This document shows positions 1 through 14,183 of a stretch of DNA of 64,000 nt, piece by piece. Source of the stretch: Lytechinus pictus (taxonomy: Eukaryota); contig NC_087251.1 of NCBI RefSeq assembly GCF_037042905.1, forward strand, positions 18,416,001 through 18,480,000, in the 5' to 3' direction. Both the position numbers and the translations under genes were made by a program. Each line of letters begins with the position of its first letter. The first letter of the stretch is position 1. Below the pieces are notes generated by a model. That model searched no databases. It was given only the letters and a program-made list of their open reading frames with translations, and was not told where the DNA came from.

Positions 1-43
1 ATACAATTTTTTTCATTGTTCACTTATTTCACTATACATGTAG

Positions 44-2054
44 CAGGGTGCGACATAAGCGCTTGCCCGATTGCCCGGGGCAAGTAAAAGTTAGAGTCGG
101 GCAAGTGTTTTGAAGCAAAGACAAAAACTGCTTGCCCGAATGGGGCAAGCAAAAATCTCCTATGGAAATTATATTTTAGAAAGATTCCCCATATTTCACC
201 ATAAAAATAAAGACAAAAAAAAGACAAAAAAAAGCAATATCATTAATTTCTTCTTTCAAAAAAGTTTATTTCGAATTGCAAAATTTGCGCCATTTTCTGC
301 AATAAACACACAGCTCAGAGACGCACACACACACAGAATCAATGGCAGTCTAGCGTACCTAGCTCGCTAGCACCTAGTCCACGCAACCGATGCGTGTAGT
401 TAAGTTTCTACGGAGTACGAGTAGGTCAACAGCCTACAGTGCTGCACAAACGAAGTTTGCTCTGGAAGAAACCTCCCACTGTACTGTCAAAATTCACATT
501 TCTTACCAATGAAAATTCTTGTAATGTCCATATTTCCTAAAAATTGGGGTAGCTCTGTCATTTGTAAGCAGTAAAAGGAGAAATTTTCACTTCTGGTATG
601 CTTCAAAAAGATCGGGTTTCGAATGATCGTCTGTATCGCACACACTGAAATACATTGTTTGACAGTCCCACATATGCATTTGTGTGTATGTTGATGAACG
701 TGGTTTCTTTCGTCCCTTTTTTTTTTAGCCAAGGAAATTTATAAATTTTCTTCTTTATTTATGACTGGATAATTTGAGCTTTCTTCCTCGCTATTTTCTT
801 TCTTTCTGCCTATCTTTCCTTCTTTTGAATCTCTCTTTATTTCTTTAAATTTCCTTCCTTCTTTTGTTCATTTTTTCTGTTACTATAGCTGTCTTTCTTT
901 TTTGTCATTTTTTCTTTCTATCTTTTTTTCTTTCTTCCTTCCATCCAACCTTTGTTTACCTCTTTCTTTAATCCTTCCTTCTTTTTCCCCTTCCTTTCAT
1001 TCTTCCTTACTGTCTTCCTTCCGTCCATCCATTCTTTACCTTTTCTTCCTGTCTTTTTTTCTTCCTTACTTTCTTCATCCCTTTCATTCTTTCTTTTCTT
1101 TCTTTCCTTCATTCCTTCTTGTCTTTCATTCTTTCTTTCTCCTTCTTTTCTTTCCTTCTTTCTTTCTTTCTATTTTTCTTTATTTCTGTCTGTCGTTCTT
1201 TTGATCTTTCTTTTTTTCCATCCATCCTTTCTTTTCTTATTTTTTCTTTCTGCCTTCCTTCATCTCCTTCTTTCATTCCTTCCTTCATTTCTTTCTGTCT
1301 TTCATTGTATCTTTCTTTTCTTTTTTTTCCTTCCTTCCATCTATCCTTATACCTTTTCTTTCTTCCTTTCTTCCTTCTTTCCTTTCTCTTGTTTTCTTTC
1401 TTTCCCTTTTCCTTCCTTTCTGTTTACCTTTTTTCTTTTATTCATTCCTTCCTTTCTCTTCCTCTCATTTTTTTTCAATTTTTTTCTTTTTCTTTTTTCT
1501 TTCCATCCTCCTTTCCCTTATTTCTTTCCATCTTTCTCTTCCCCGCAGCCAATATCTCTCTCTCTTTCTTTCTTTATTTCTTTTTTTTCTTTCTTCCTTT
1601 ATTTCTTCGTCCTTTCTGTCTTTCTTCTTACTTTTTTTTCTTTCATTCTCTCCCCCTCTCTTAATTTTTTTTCTCTGGTTATTTTCAGTGATTTCCCCTT
1701 TTTTATTGTGTGTCCTAGTCCCCTCCAAAATATATGGAAAATATATGAGATTAGGAAATTAATTAAAAAGCATATTTACCATTTTGTCATGATGTTCAAG
1801 ATAAAAATCATTAAAAAAAAAGAAATACAACTACAAGGTACATCAGTAGTCATGTTAAAAAATGTATTTTTAAAGCCGTCAATGGTATGGTATGTAAAAC
1901 TATAAGGCTTTAACTTGTTTTGAAGCAATAAAACTTTGTTTTGAAGGATTTTTTCGGGCAAGTGAAATCTATATTCGGGCAAGTATTTTCCAACTATTTG
2001 AAAATTTACTTGCCCGAATGGGCAAGTGCTTCAAAAAAGTTATGTAGCACCCTG
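44..2054. mobile_element. Non-autonomous DNA transposon, hAT-like CAGGG...CCCTG termini, about 2.0 kb
   Basis: TIRs CAGGGTGCGACATAA (44-58) and TTATGTAGCACCCTG (2040-2054). ATGTAG direct repeat on both flanks (38-43, 2055-2060). Subterminal CTTGCCCG/CGGGCAAG repeats at both ends. No transposase ORF. Confidence 0.75.
770..1705. repeat. Polypyrimidine (CT/TTC/TTTC) low-complexity tract inside the 44-2054 element
   Basis: About 0.9 kb almost only C/T on the + strand. It generates the spurious F/S/L-rich ORFs. Confidence 0.9.
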
Positions 2055-2194
2055 ATGTAGTAAGTTCATAATGGCTGCCACTTATTGGTGAAATACAGTG
2101 TAGGTCTTCGTTACAGCCTACTCTTAAACAAATTGGTGGATAAGATATCCAATTTTGTAATCTAGGTCTGATTATCAAAAAGGTAGAACAGTGA

Positions 2195-2555
2195 AATAAT
2201 AATAATCCGCTTTTATATAGCGCTTAATACATTGGAACTACGTGTCTGAGCGCTTTGCAGATATATTATTACCCCGGTCATCGGAATCAATCAGTCATTC
2301 CCGCACACAATGTGTGCACATCCTCCACTCCCTGAGGAGTATTCAGTTGCCGGTGAGGCGCACACAGTACTGGACAAGCTACAATCATTTTACAATGACT
2401 TTCACATCCTACCGGGTACCCATTTAGCACCTGGGTTGAGAGTGGCAAAGTGTGGATTAACGCCTTGCCAAAGGATGCCAGACCGCGGTGGGATTCGAAC
2501 ACACGACCCTCTATTTACAAGGCGAGAGTCAGAACCACTACACCACGGCTCCTCC
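2195..2555 (-). mobile_element. tRNA-derived SINE with L2-like 3' tail
   Basis: Minus strand head GGAGCCGTGGTGTAGTGG (A box) ... GTTCGAATCC (B box), central core CCACTCTCAACCCAGGTGCTAAATGGGTACC, tail AAGCGCTATATAAAAGCGG(ATT)n. Confidence 0.85.
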
Positions 2556-3317
2556 TGAAAGACATGCTCACACTGTAGGTCCTGTTTCCTGGGGCTATAG
2601 ACCATGAAGATTTGATAATTAGTCCTAAGTTTCTGATTTTTTATTTATGTGAACTCACCAAGTAATTTAATGATGAGCAAGAAAAATTAAACAAAGACCC
2701 CATCACATACTTCAAGCATGCATACATTTACAATGTATGATGTACTGTCAATAAAAATTGAGTGTCACAAATGACTGTGACCATTCATTTTATAATTTTT
2801 TTATTCCATTTCTCAGCTGGTTTAACGGCCTAAATATAGGTAAAACTTCACAGAGGAGGCTTGGTAGTAATGTACTATGACAAATTTGAATTTAATTTGT
2901 CGCCACTCGCCAGCTAAGAATGTCTGACAAAAATATGATACACGTAGGTTTGATTACAGCTGATGAGCAGGCAATATCATGAGATGGCAGTATATGTATA
3001 ACAGGATTTTTATAGTTTTGGAGGGTATAAATTAGGAAGACATCACTTTTTGACATATAATGTGATAAATAAGATATCATTCAGCTGTTCACAATTTTTA
3101 ATTTTTACCTGTAAATCAGGAAGTTTTAAGTTCAAGAGTCTTTCTATTCAGACCGTTCTGCATTCATGTGCGCAGTACTGCAACAGAAGACCTGCATTTC
3201 AATGTTTGCAAGGCCACTTTTTCTGAGGCACATTTTATACTTGTAGGCATAGCAAAAATGAAAGGAAAAAATGAAAAGGGTACCAAAGATATCAAGGCTA
3301 GTGAGGCCAATCAATAA

Positions 3318-3612
3318 CAGGGTTCCCAGCCCATCATCAGGAAAAATTATTTACTTTTTTCCAGTCGGGTAAGTATCAGGGAATTTGATAAAAAAATACC
3401 TCAAATCAGGGGAAAATAGAGGGAAAAATCAGGGCATTTTGATCAGCCAAAAAGTCGTAAGCTTTAGTGGGTTTTTTTTTACATGTAATTCACTGCAACA
3501 ACTTAAAAAACATGCAAAACTGGGAATGGGTTTAAATAATTATCAGGGAATTTTGAAAACTCATCAGGGAAAAATCAGGGAATTTTGTTTTCTTGAAAAG
3601 CTGGGAACCCTG
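3318..3612. mobile_element. MITE with hAT-like termini and 6-bp target duplication
   Basis: TIRs CAGGGTTCCCAGC / GCTGGGAACCCTG, CAATAA on both flanks (3312-3317, 3613-3618), repeated ATCAGGG subterminal motifs. Confidence 0.8.
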
Positions 3613-5001
3613 CAATAAGGCATCTATGGTTATGGCGTTAGGCTTAGCCTTGTTGCAAAGTGTACTAAAGATATGTTTTGCTTATTATTCTTATGCTACA
3701 GGAATAAGAGAGAAAAATGGAAAATTCAAACTAAAAATTTCAATAACATCAAATTTTTTTTGCTCCATCAATAATTTTCTTTTCAAACATCAAATAATTT
3801 TCAAGATTTTTGAGAATCCTGAAAATTTAATGAGGAACATTTATACTATGTATGATATGACTACATTGCATTTGAGTCATGCTTTAATGTCTGTTTGTAT
3901 AATCATAATACACTTTATGATTTTAATGTTATACATAAATTAGGTCTTTTCTGACACAGATTATCTTGTCTATAACTGTGAACAATTACATCATTACTTC
4001 ATTATTGTGTATACCTTTTCTCCATTATTTTGTTCTTTTTGTTTGAATGAAAGACCACCTGGACAGTGACATGATGGGGGGTGCCATTAAAAAAAAGAAA
4101 AAAGTGATGTGAAATGATAAAAAAGAAAGAAAGTACATATCCATAACACCTTGATGAGAAAACTTACAAGGTGCAATTATGAAGGATTAAATCCCATTTT
4201 CGGTTGCTCTCTTTGTCAGAGCAGGGCTTTGCTTTACAATATTTATTAAAATGAACAGCAGGGAGTATGCCTACCCTTTATGTGGTTGAAGAATTGTGTC
4301 TTTGAAGGGTATTTCCGTTTGAGGGTTTATGATAAGGCTAGCTGCTTTTGTATCTAAATCCTATGAAAGAATATATTATGAGTATGTACATGTACAGGAA
4401 ATAGATTTATGAATTCCGACATGCATTATTTGTATGAAACCTTCTTATATCGTAAAGTTACTGAAGAAAAAAAACAACATAGGCACTGGTCTTAATAAAA
4501 AAAACTGAATTAACACTTGACACTTCAACCACACATATCAAGAATGAATTTTTCTGGTATTGCATCAAACAAGTGAATTGTTATCATTTTTTTCATATCA
4601 CCGATGTATAGTCACACAATAACACAACCCTAAAAATTGTAATTTTGCTACAGTCGTATGGATTTGTTTAGTTTTCACTTGAGCATGTCTCATTGTAAAG
4701 AAATGTGAGCAACTGAGTAAGAGTAAAGAAATCATTCAAAAGACCACCTACTGAATATTGGAGAATATAATTTTGCTGCTACTCCTCCCATTCTTTCTTC
4801 TTTAAATAAACCATGGGATCTGCTACCACAACATATTTTCAAACTGTTATTTTTTTTTCTTTCTTTCCAGGTCACAGGATAGCAGTCACTATTTTGTTTT
4901 CAAATTTTCCTCTGTAAACACTTGTGTCTAGTGGCTCTTCCCATGGCATGACTACATGTATGTGCAGGGAAATGTGTGAATTTTCTTTATTAGATCAGTG
5001 A

Positions 5002-5151
5002 CCTGGATCCCAGTTTCACAAAGACTTACAACTGTAAGGCTGTTATAGCAGGGTTCAGCAGCCAATCAAAATCAAGGTTTCCATGGAAGTGACAATAATC
5101 ATAAATGGCAAAATTACAGTAGTTGTAAATCTCTTTATGGAACAGGCCCTG
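5002..5151. mobile_element. Short palindromic MITE (Harbinger-like, CCAAT core family)
   Basis: Imperfect inverted ends GTTTCACAAAGACTTACAACT / AGTTGTAAATCTCTTTATGGAAC, central AGCCAATCAAAATCAAG. Similar copies occur elsewhere in the window. Confidence 0.6.
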
Positions 5152-6796
5152 AAGAAGCAAGGTCAATGCAGAGAAAATTCACTTATTCTATTACATTTTA
5201 CTACCAATCTCATTGTACATGTAGTGCTCTGTCACTACAAATACAGTGTAAATGTAGTTTGTAGTCTACTGTATTTTTTAGGGAGGAAGATTTAATATGA
5301 AAGCAATTGTGGAGATTTCTTGTTGGAAATGATTTATAAGTTGTTTAAAATATTTAATAGTATGTAATTCTTAGAAACATATTAATTTCTATATAACTTG
5401 CATTATTGTTATTATTATTATTCATTTATTTATCTAATTGTCTATTTATTTATTTATTAATTATTATTGTTATTTTTGATTAATTAATTAATTGATTTAT
5501 TTATTAATTATTATTAATAACATCATTTAGCTGTAGTGTTATTAGTAATATTATCATGAAGATATCTTTATTGATGATCAAAAAACAAATGACACAAGTT
5601 TGTGAAAGTTAATGATTTGGATTTAAACTGATCGTGAATAATTTCATGAAAATAAAGTTGTGTACTCTGGATGCACTCACTTCCTTTTCATTATTTGTTC
5701 CTTTTTTGGCTTGTTTTTCATCAACTTTAGAATGTTTTAAGTTTATTTTTAAGAGATGACGATTGAAATCATGTATTACATTTTAGGCTTTACATATACT
5801 TTTTTTTAAAGAAATTAAGAAAGCAGTCTAGTATAGTCTTTAGTCTACATTATCAATATTGATAAACTATTTGTAAACTACATTGTCTCCATACCTTTGC
5901 CTCATGTTTCATCAGTTATTTCACTCAAAACAGTTTGTGAAACTATATGAAGATAACCAGTCAGTTGATACACATATCTTCAGGTACATGACTCGGCATG
6001 ATTATCAATGCAATACAGCAGGTTATTTTCTTGTGTTCATGTTATTTTGATTTCTTTGTATTATTGTTTACTTGACCTGACCTCTAGAACCATACATGTA
6101 GTTATACAATGGAAATATTGTCCTATTTTATTTGAGGTAGAGTGCTGGTGTGTTGTTATCATTCTATGTGGCATGTCACTCAAGGTTATAGATTCATTCA
6201 TAACCTTACCTTAAAGTCGTATGGTAACTTCTTTATTTAAACAAACTAACCCCTGGTTCTGTTCGTCATTTTCCCTTATCAATTTCAAAACAATGTAATC
6301 AGAAATTGTGTAATATTTTCAAAATGATAATACACTAGTTAACTTATGATTACTCTTATCCAATATCCATCATATAAATTTTTCAATGTACATATTGATA
6401 TATTATTATTACTTTAGCTGTAGCCAGTCTGTAGGCAGTCTGTCTGGTTATATTTGTATGAAATACAGATGAATGTACTCAAGTCAAATCTATTGGAACC
6501 ACAAATATCTGTTCAAATTTAATGGGCGAAATTTGACTAAGAAGATAAATACGTGTTATGCATATTTTGGTCCAATATTGTGTTGACTCGTCTAATGAAA
6601 CTTGGAAGGTGAATTAGTATGTATTGTATACTCACTAACTGTAAGACGTTTTCAAACACAATTTGATGATATATTGTTTTACTTGTTATTCCTAACAATT
6701 GCTATAAACAGTGTTTCATATTTGCAAAAAAAGATTGACAAGAGTGGCAAACAAAATCTAACAATTGTTTTCTTTCATTCCTGTCTCCCTCTATAG

Positions 6797-7048
6797 ATGT
6801 ATCACAGCCCAAGCAAGGTGAAAACCAAGAAGCGTGGTCTACCACCCCATGTCCTCTATGTATTGGCTTCAGCCCTCTGTCTTGGGCTCCTAGTTATCAT
6901 GTGGAATGTATACCAGCTTAAGATGATGCAGGAGGCCCACTTCAATGGGCATGGCCCGTACCCAGGTGCCCAGGCTCAGGTTGCAGAGGCATCGGCAGGA
7001 AGTGTGGATAGTTACAGAAGACCTGTGGTGTGGATACATGCAAAACAT
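6797..7048 (+). CDS. ttll15: TTLL15-like coding exon 1 (basic tail, TM helix, stem)
   Basis: TAG acceptor directly before ATG; MYHSPSKVKTKKRG...VLYVLASALCLGLLVIMWNVY...VVWIHAKH; donor GTGGGT. Confidence 0.8.
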
Positions 7049-10000
7049 GTGGGTGGATTATTCATATTTTTCTTGAAGTTTCTTTTTGATGTTTTTTTTT
7101 TTGTGTGTAATACCCATTTGCACCATGTACCAGAGAGGTTTCATGTGGATATGTTTTTATTTAACATTAATGTCTTGGGTGTGAATAATCTCTGTACAAT
7201 ACTCTTGTGGTCAAGAAGCATCGTTTTTGTTGAATTGAGGTAAATGTAGAGAAAAGTCACTAAGTTAAACATGATATCTTGAAAATATTTGAGTACATGT
7301 ACATTGTGATATGATCAAAATATACATCTTGTACACACTTTTTAAGATAATTTTTATCTAAGATTTATTTTTTTGGAACAGAGTGGTTTAAAGATTTGGT
7401 AACAATCAATTTGAAAATTCTGTATGGCATATACGATTAGAATAGTAATGATAATAATTATAATTATTCTGTGTTTATACTGTGGACATATCTGACAAAT
7501 GCACACTAGGTGCACAAAACAATTTTGAACAAGAACAGTTGTCAGGGCAAAAGTGATTAAAAAATAAAGATAAGTACTGCAAAGAGATCAATTATTGTGA
7601 TAGGGATATGTTTCTTGATTTCTTCATGAAAAATGTCTAAGTTATTCTGAAAGAATAGTGTTGATTGTGGAGAGGTTGTTCTAAGTTTACACAGATCTGA
7701 TATTTGGGTGTGAAAATCTGGGTTTTTTTTCTCTCTAAAATGATATATGACTTTCATGTTATCTTTTTTATTAGGTGAATTCTGGATACTTGAAGCATGT
7801 GATGTCTGTATTTGAGAGGGCAGGCTATATCCGTGGTGATGCACAGTCTAGTTGGGATGTTCTCTGGGCCCATGACTACCCTTTCAAAGAACTCGCTGCT
7901 GTTATGGCAAGCCTTAAGCCCTATCAGAAGGTTTGTTTTAATTTACACAGTAGCATATACAGGGAAAAAAAGTGCCAGGGCAAACACTGAAATTGTCAGC
8001 CTTGTAATTGATGCTGGTTAACTGGTGACTTTATAGGTTTTTGATCATATTAATGTGCAAGGTTTTAAAAAAAACTTTTTGTATAACCTTCTGGCTTATT
8101 TGGCTCTTATTCCCTGAAAGTTGTGTGTGGAGCACATGCCTCCCTTTCACACACCGTTCCCCCATGTGCCTCTGCATCTTCATCCTTAAATATAAGTATG
8201 AACATTTCAGTGAAAACGACAATTTGCACAATTCAGTGTCATGCAAATGAGACAGTCGATGATGTCCTTCACTTACTATTTTTTTGTATTTTATTGTTTG
8301 AATTATACACTATTTCATTTTTTACATATTTGACAATAAGGACCAACTTGACCGCACCATATAGTATTGAACAATGCTAATTCCACATGTTCAGGGAGGA
8401 ATTAATCGTTGTCTCACTTGACAATGGGGAGGAAATTAGAATATTTCTAATGCCTAAAATAAAATACAAAAGAAAAAGTGAGTGTATGATGTCATCAATC
8501 TGCTCATATGCATACCGACCAGGATGTGCATATAACTGTTTTAGGGGGAAAATTACTTCCTATGATAACCGAAACACTCTTTTTCTCTTTTTTTTGCAAT
8601 ACATGTACATTATATCAGTTGTTTTTATTGGACATAATTATTATCTTATTTTGTTTTGGTTTTTTCTTACCTAAAGCGAACAATATTCATTTCACTCATT
8701 CTAGGTCAACCATTTTCCAGGAACTGGGTTCATTACCAATAAAGTTTATCTGGCGACATCTGATATTGCATACATTCCAAAGGCCTTCCAAATGCCAGGC
8801 CAGAGAGATGCATTCCTTGTAGAGGTACGTATATGGTGTCATATATAATCCCTTTTTTATATTTAATTGTATTTGATGAACTTACCTGTATTAAATTCTT
8901 AATTTTATTTTACACTGTATTTTTTTTCAACTAATGCTTTTTTTTATTCCTGTAATATGAATGAAAATTGAGCAGTTAGACTTGAGAGTATTTGATATAA
9001 TTGCTACTATGTGTATCATATTGAGTGTCTTTCATATTAATATTTAACATTTTATATTTTACTTTCAATCTCTCTTCATACTAAAGACTAAACAAAATCC
9101 AGACACACTGTGGGTCCAGAAGAGCAGTTCACATAGAGGAATCAAAGTCAAATCCATTGCAGGTTAGTGTGAACAGTCCTGTTTAGAATTTTTTTATAAT
9201 GCTACAGACACACGATGAAGCTGATACCAGGGGCCCGTTGCAGAAAGAGTGCGCAACTTGATTTTCAGCCAATGAACCACCCGTATTCGGGACTTGCACT
9301 TGATATTTTGACTTGCATTTAAACGCAACTCTTTCTGCAACAGGCCCCAGACCAATCAAAGCTATTGTATATCAAATTTAATATCATTGGTCAGAACTTT
9401 GGATTCCATTTCATTGATATGACTGTATCAAAATGCTATACTGTATCCCATTTAGATAACGGAACTGGAGAGTAATCAGATGATGTTTGAACTTGTTCAA
9501 TAATGTTTGTGTGCCAACAAAATTATTTTCATGTTTGTTTTCATTATTAACTATCGGATCAGGTTGATTTATAACTTTTAATATAGATATTATGGGAAGA
9601 GGGTAGAAAATGATGGGATAATTAAAACGTTAATATTATAGAGGAAGGAAGAACTGCTTTGGGACATTTTATTATTCTTGAAGGTCAAAAGGAACTGAAC
9701 CACCTCTTGTAAACCTGAGGTATTTGCGCATTCGGGCCATAGCAGTGTTAAAGACCTAGTATGTTTAGAAAATTAAAGCAGTCCATTCCTTTCATTTTTC
9801 TTTCATATTCCATAATTCATACAAAAATGTTCCTGTCATGTAATATCTTTTGATCAGTAATAGTAGGTTGAAAATTTTACAGATTTTTACAACTTTTGAT
9901 GGCAAGTCAACTAACAGTCATTTGGTAAATGTGCCCACAGATAATAATATTTTTCTTGAAAAAAGCAATACAGATTGCAGCAAAATTATTACTTTTCCCA

Positions 10001-13000
10001 GGATTTACTTCACCTTTTAAGCCAGTGATGAAATCATAACATTGCCTGCTTGAACTACATTGCCCCTAGTACAAGGCATATCGGGATTACAGAATTCAGT
10101 AAGACTCAATTTTTAAACAGTCAAATGACAAGATTACTCGGCATTATTTAATACATGTGTGTCTTGCCAAATTCCAAAACTGTTTTCTTTTATTTTTTAA
10201 AACTAGACCTAGACCTCTATGCTGCAAACACATTTATCCAGCAATATATATCCAAACCTTACCTGATTGATGGGAAGAAATTTGACCTTGGCTTCTACGT
10301 CACTCTGACCTCTGTTGACCCGTTACGAGTCTATGTGCTCCATGACGAGATGCTTGTACGTTTCTGTGCTAAGGAATACAACCCCATTGACTTTGGAGAT
10401 GTCAATAAGTATGTCGTCGGTGATGATTACACTCCAGTTTGGAAGGTAAAAAGCTCTTTTAATGTAGAGGAAATAAGTGGAAGATAGTTAATTTGTCAGT
10501 CAGTCAGTCATTTTATTGATCATTTGAAACAAGAAGATAAACAGAAAAACATGAATACAAAATGATAAATGTAATATAGTCTCAAATCAATACAAGTTAC
10601 AGGTTCCATTCATATTTATGGTGAGGAACCCAGAGAAGCAATATTCCATATAATCGGGGCCCTACAAATGATGTATTCAATTCTGCGTAAGCTAGTGAGG
10701 GGATGAGACACTAAATTGTTTAGTACCATATTTTTGGTTCATCAAATATGTCACACTGGGCTGTAAAATGACATTCCACTCTTCAACAAGGTCTGTTAAA
10801 TGTGTTGAGGTTAGGCACACAGATCGCATCATTAAAAGAAGAATAATGAAGCTTTCCAATGAAATTGTTTGTTTTTTATTTGGAAACATAAAAGACATTA
10901 TACTTCAAACTTGAGTTGCAGTAAATGATTTTGGGGGTAATAGGGTATAATCAATAAAATGAATCAAAATAAAGTGTGTGGTGGTAATTCAGGTTAATAT
11001 TCATAATCATATCCATGTAATACAAAAGATTTTCACTTTCAATGTTTTGCTATGAAATTGCTCTTCATGTTTGTATATTTCTTTGCTAGATGCCATCACT
11101 TCAGAAGTATTATCAAGAATATAATTACAACTTTATGGAAACAATGAATGGATACTGGAGATCAAAAGGTAATATATATACACCAACCTCTCTTCATTGC
11201 CTCTCTGGCTAAGATGTGTTCTATTGGTTATAAAACAACTTCTATAGTTGTGATATTTGCAAGAATCAAGAAAAGATTGTTGTAGTTCTGCAAAGGAAAG
11301 CCAATTTCTCCTAATATGTTAGATTTCTAGATTATTGGAAGTTTTTCTTTATCAAGTGAATGATCATAGGATTGCTCCTAAAAGGAATAATTTACATAAA
11401 ACGAAGAAGAATAGGTCCTGTAATAGGGGCGGTCTCATTGCTCCGATTGCCTTCTGGATCTACGTTTATAGTACAGACCTAAATATGGGGAATATTTTTT
11501 CTATCCTATTTCTGAGTTTAATCATCCACAATCTGCAGTTAGAAAGGTATTGAGTGTGCAGTCCTGGAATTAAGCGAAGGCACCTTGCCAAAGTCCTTGT
11601 CATGTTATTTATAGCAGGAATCCTGCTCATTTTCTGTCACTGCCGCAATTCCAATAGTTTTTTATTTGTTTGTTGATATGGAAGGATTAAAGGAAACCAA
11701 AACCCAAGAAGAGAAGCAATCTTATTGGAAAGAGTAAAATGAGAGGAACTATTTAAAACAAGTTTCATCAAAATCAGTTATGAAATAAGAAAGTTATGGA
11801 CGTTTAAAAAGTCTTGTTGTACTATCAATGGGATCCTCAAATTGGCAAACGTGCTTCAAAATGACTGATTTTGTGGACAACTCTCCATTTGTTTTGTATA
11901 CAAATTTTCAGGTTTTCCCCTTTATTTTACATATTTCACATTATCTCCTCCTGACCTTGACATATGTGGTGTGAATTATATTTTCCCATGACATATGTTG
12001 TGCTCAGAAGGAGGCAAGATGCAATTTGAAAGATAATGAGGAAAATCTGAAAAATTGTATACAAAACAAATGGAGAGTTGTCCACAAAATTAGCCATTTT
12101 GAAGCACGTTTGCCAATATGAGGATTCCCATAGAAAGTTCAACAAGAGTTTTCAAACTTCCATAACTCGCTTATTCTATAACCGATTTTGATAAATCAAG
12201 TTTTAGATTGCTCCTCGCATTTTACTATTTCCAATAAGATTGCTTCTCTTCTTGGATTTTGGTTTCCTTTTTAAAAGTAAGAAGATTCTGAGCAAAATTC
12301 CTGCAAAAAGATGCATCTCAAATTCTTTTTAATTGTCTGAAGCAACAACCTATGGTTATAGGAACTGGGGCCTGTATCACAAATCTTAGCATTCATTCAT
12401 ATAGTGGATTTCTGTGGTTAATTTCATGTAATGAACAATGTAATCAAATGTAAAATTTAACATCATAAATCAAATACTAAGATTTGTGTGACAGAGCTCA
12501 GGGTAGGCAGTGCTTCAGCTCAGATTTGTCAACTTAAGATTCAAAATTAGTGTATTATTTCAGAGTGGTATTTTAATGAGGCATGGTTCAAAGTTTTTCA
12601 ACTGTAATAAGTTAGGCTTCTAAATCTGAGGACTTTTCTAATATTTTAAGTTTTGTTTTTGCGATTTCTGTGTCACAGGTGAAGACCCAGATAAAGTATA
12701 CAGACAAATTTACGAAGCTATTCGTGGAGTATTTGTCAGCAAGTATCCACAGCTTTTAAGTGCTATACAAAGGCATGAAAACAAGCAGTAAGTTAAGTTT
12801 ATCTTCAATGGAATAGCCCTAGATTTTGATGTTGATTTTTATTACCCAAATGACAATCCTTAAAGCACTGGTTGCCAGTCACCAGGGGGGGGGGGGGGTC
12901 TTTCTTGGGAAGGGTGTTTATCCACAACTTGTTAATGCCCCATACTTAGTAGCTTTTTTTTAACAAGAGATGGGTCACGATATCAAACTATCACAAGTAG

Positions 13001-14127
13001 AAAAAGATGGTTATATTTTAGACTGAATAATGGTCAGAAATAAAAATTCAAGGTATGTTTGTAGGAATCATGACCAATTTGGCTTATCATATCTTCTTTC
13101 ATTTTCACAGTGTCTTCTTTGAATTGATGAGATTTGACTTCGTACTTGATGAAGAACTGAATGTATTTCTAATGGAGGTAGGCTTTACCAAGACGTGATC
13201 ATATCAAAAGATTTTGTTTTTATTTAAAAGTGTGAAAAGGAATGCCTTGACTAAACAAGAATACTTATATTGAGTTAGGTATATAAAGTGCTTTCACTTG
13301 AACTGTTCAACTGTATTGTAAATGTATAGTCGTTACATTTTCCCAATTTATCCAGTCAGAGTGCCCATCTGCATAAGTAACCATAAGATGTGATCTGAAA
13401 GGTAGTGATATATCTATAAAAGAAACTCCATTTTAGGGGTAGAATAGTTATTTGAATGATGTTCATGCAATCAGGTTGAAATAAAGAAGTTAACCTGTGT
13501 CACTAATTTTACAAGCCTAAAAAAAAATCAATATTGGCTTTGTAATTGTGCAGTTTATCGAAATATAGTTATAACACCTAATTGGTCAGAATCTGCTCCC
13601 TATGATCATACAGCATAATTCACCTATACATGTATTTAGCATTGCAGTTGATATGGGCTGAGTCTTTCAAAAGTCTGTACTCATTATTTATGTATTATCT
13701 TGAAATGTGATTATTTCTGATTGCAGGCTCATCATTATTATTTTTCCTTCATTTCAGGTGAACATGTCTCCTAACCTATCATCAGCTCATTTCACTGAGA
13801 ATATACATCTCTACGAGAGAGTGGTGTATAATGTTCTCAGTGTCAATGGTGTAGCAAGGAATGTGCCTTCAAGCTTGAAAAACAGGTAGGAAACCATTCA
13901 GCTGCAAATATGACAAAACAGATTGATTTTGTTGTGCTGATTTTAAATTAGCTGTCAGCTGTGGGGTGAAAAATGATTGATTTGAAGATACTCCAGATGT
14001 TAATGATGGTGGTGGTTTTGATGATGATAATGAGGATGAGAATAATGGATGACAATGATGATGAAGATGATTGGTGATGATGACGATGACGACTATGATG
14101 ATGGTGGTGGTGGTGGTGGTGATGATG

Positions 14128-14183
<56 letters not shown>

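Noticed and set aside
902..1905. Long F/S/L-rich and K/E/R-rich ORFs up to 317 aa
   Set aside because: Artefacts of a stop-poor polypyrimidine tract, open in several frames on both strands.
2484..2555. tRNA gene
   Set aside because: A and B boxes are present but continue into a SINE core and LINE-like tail, with no clean cloverleaf or terminator.
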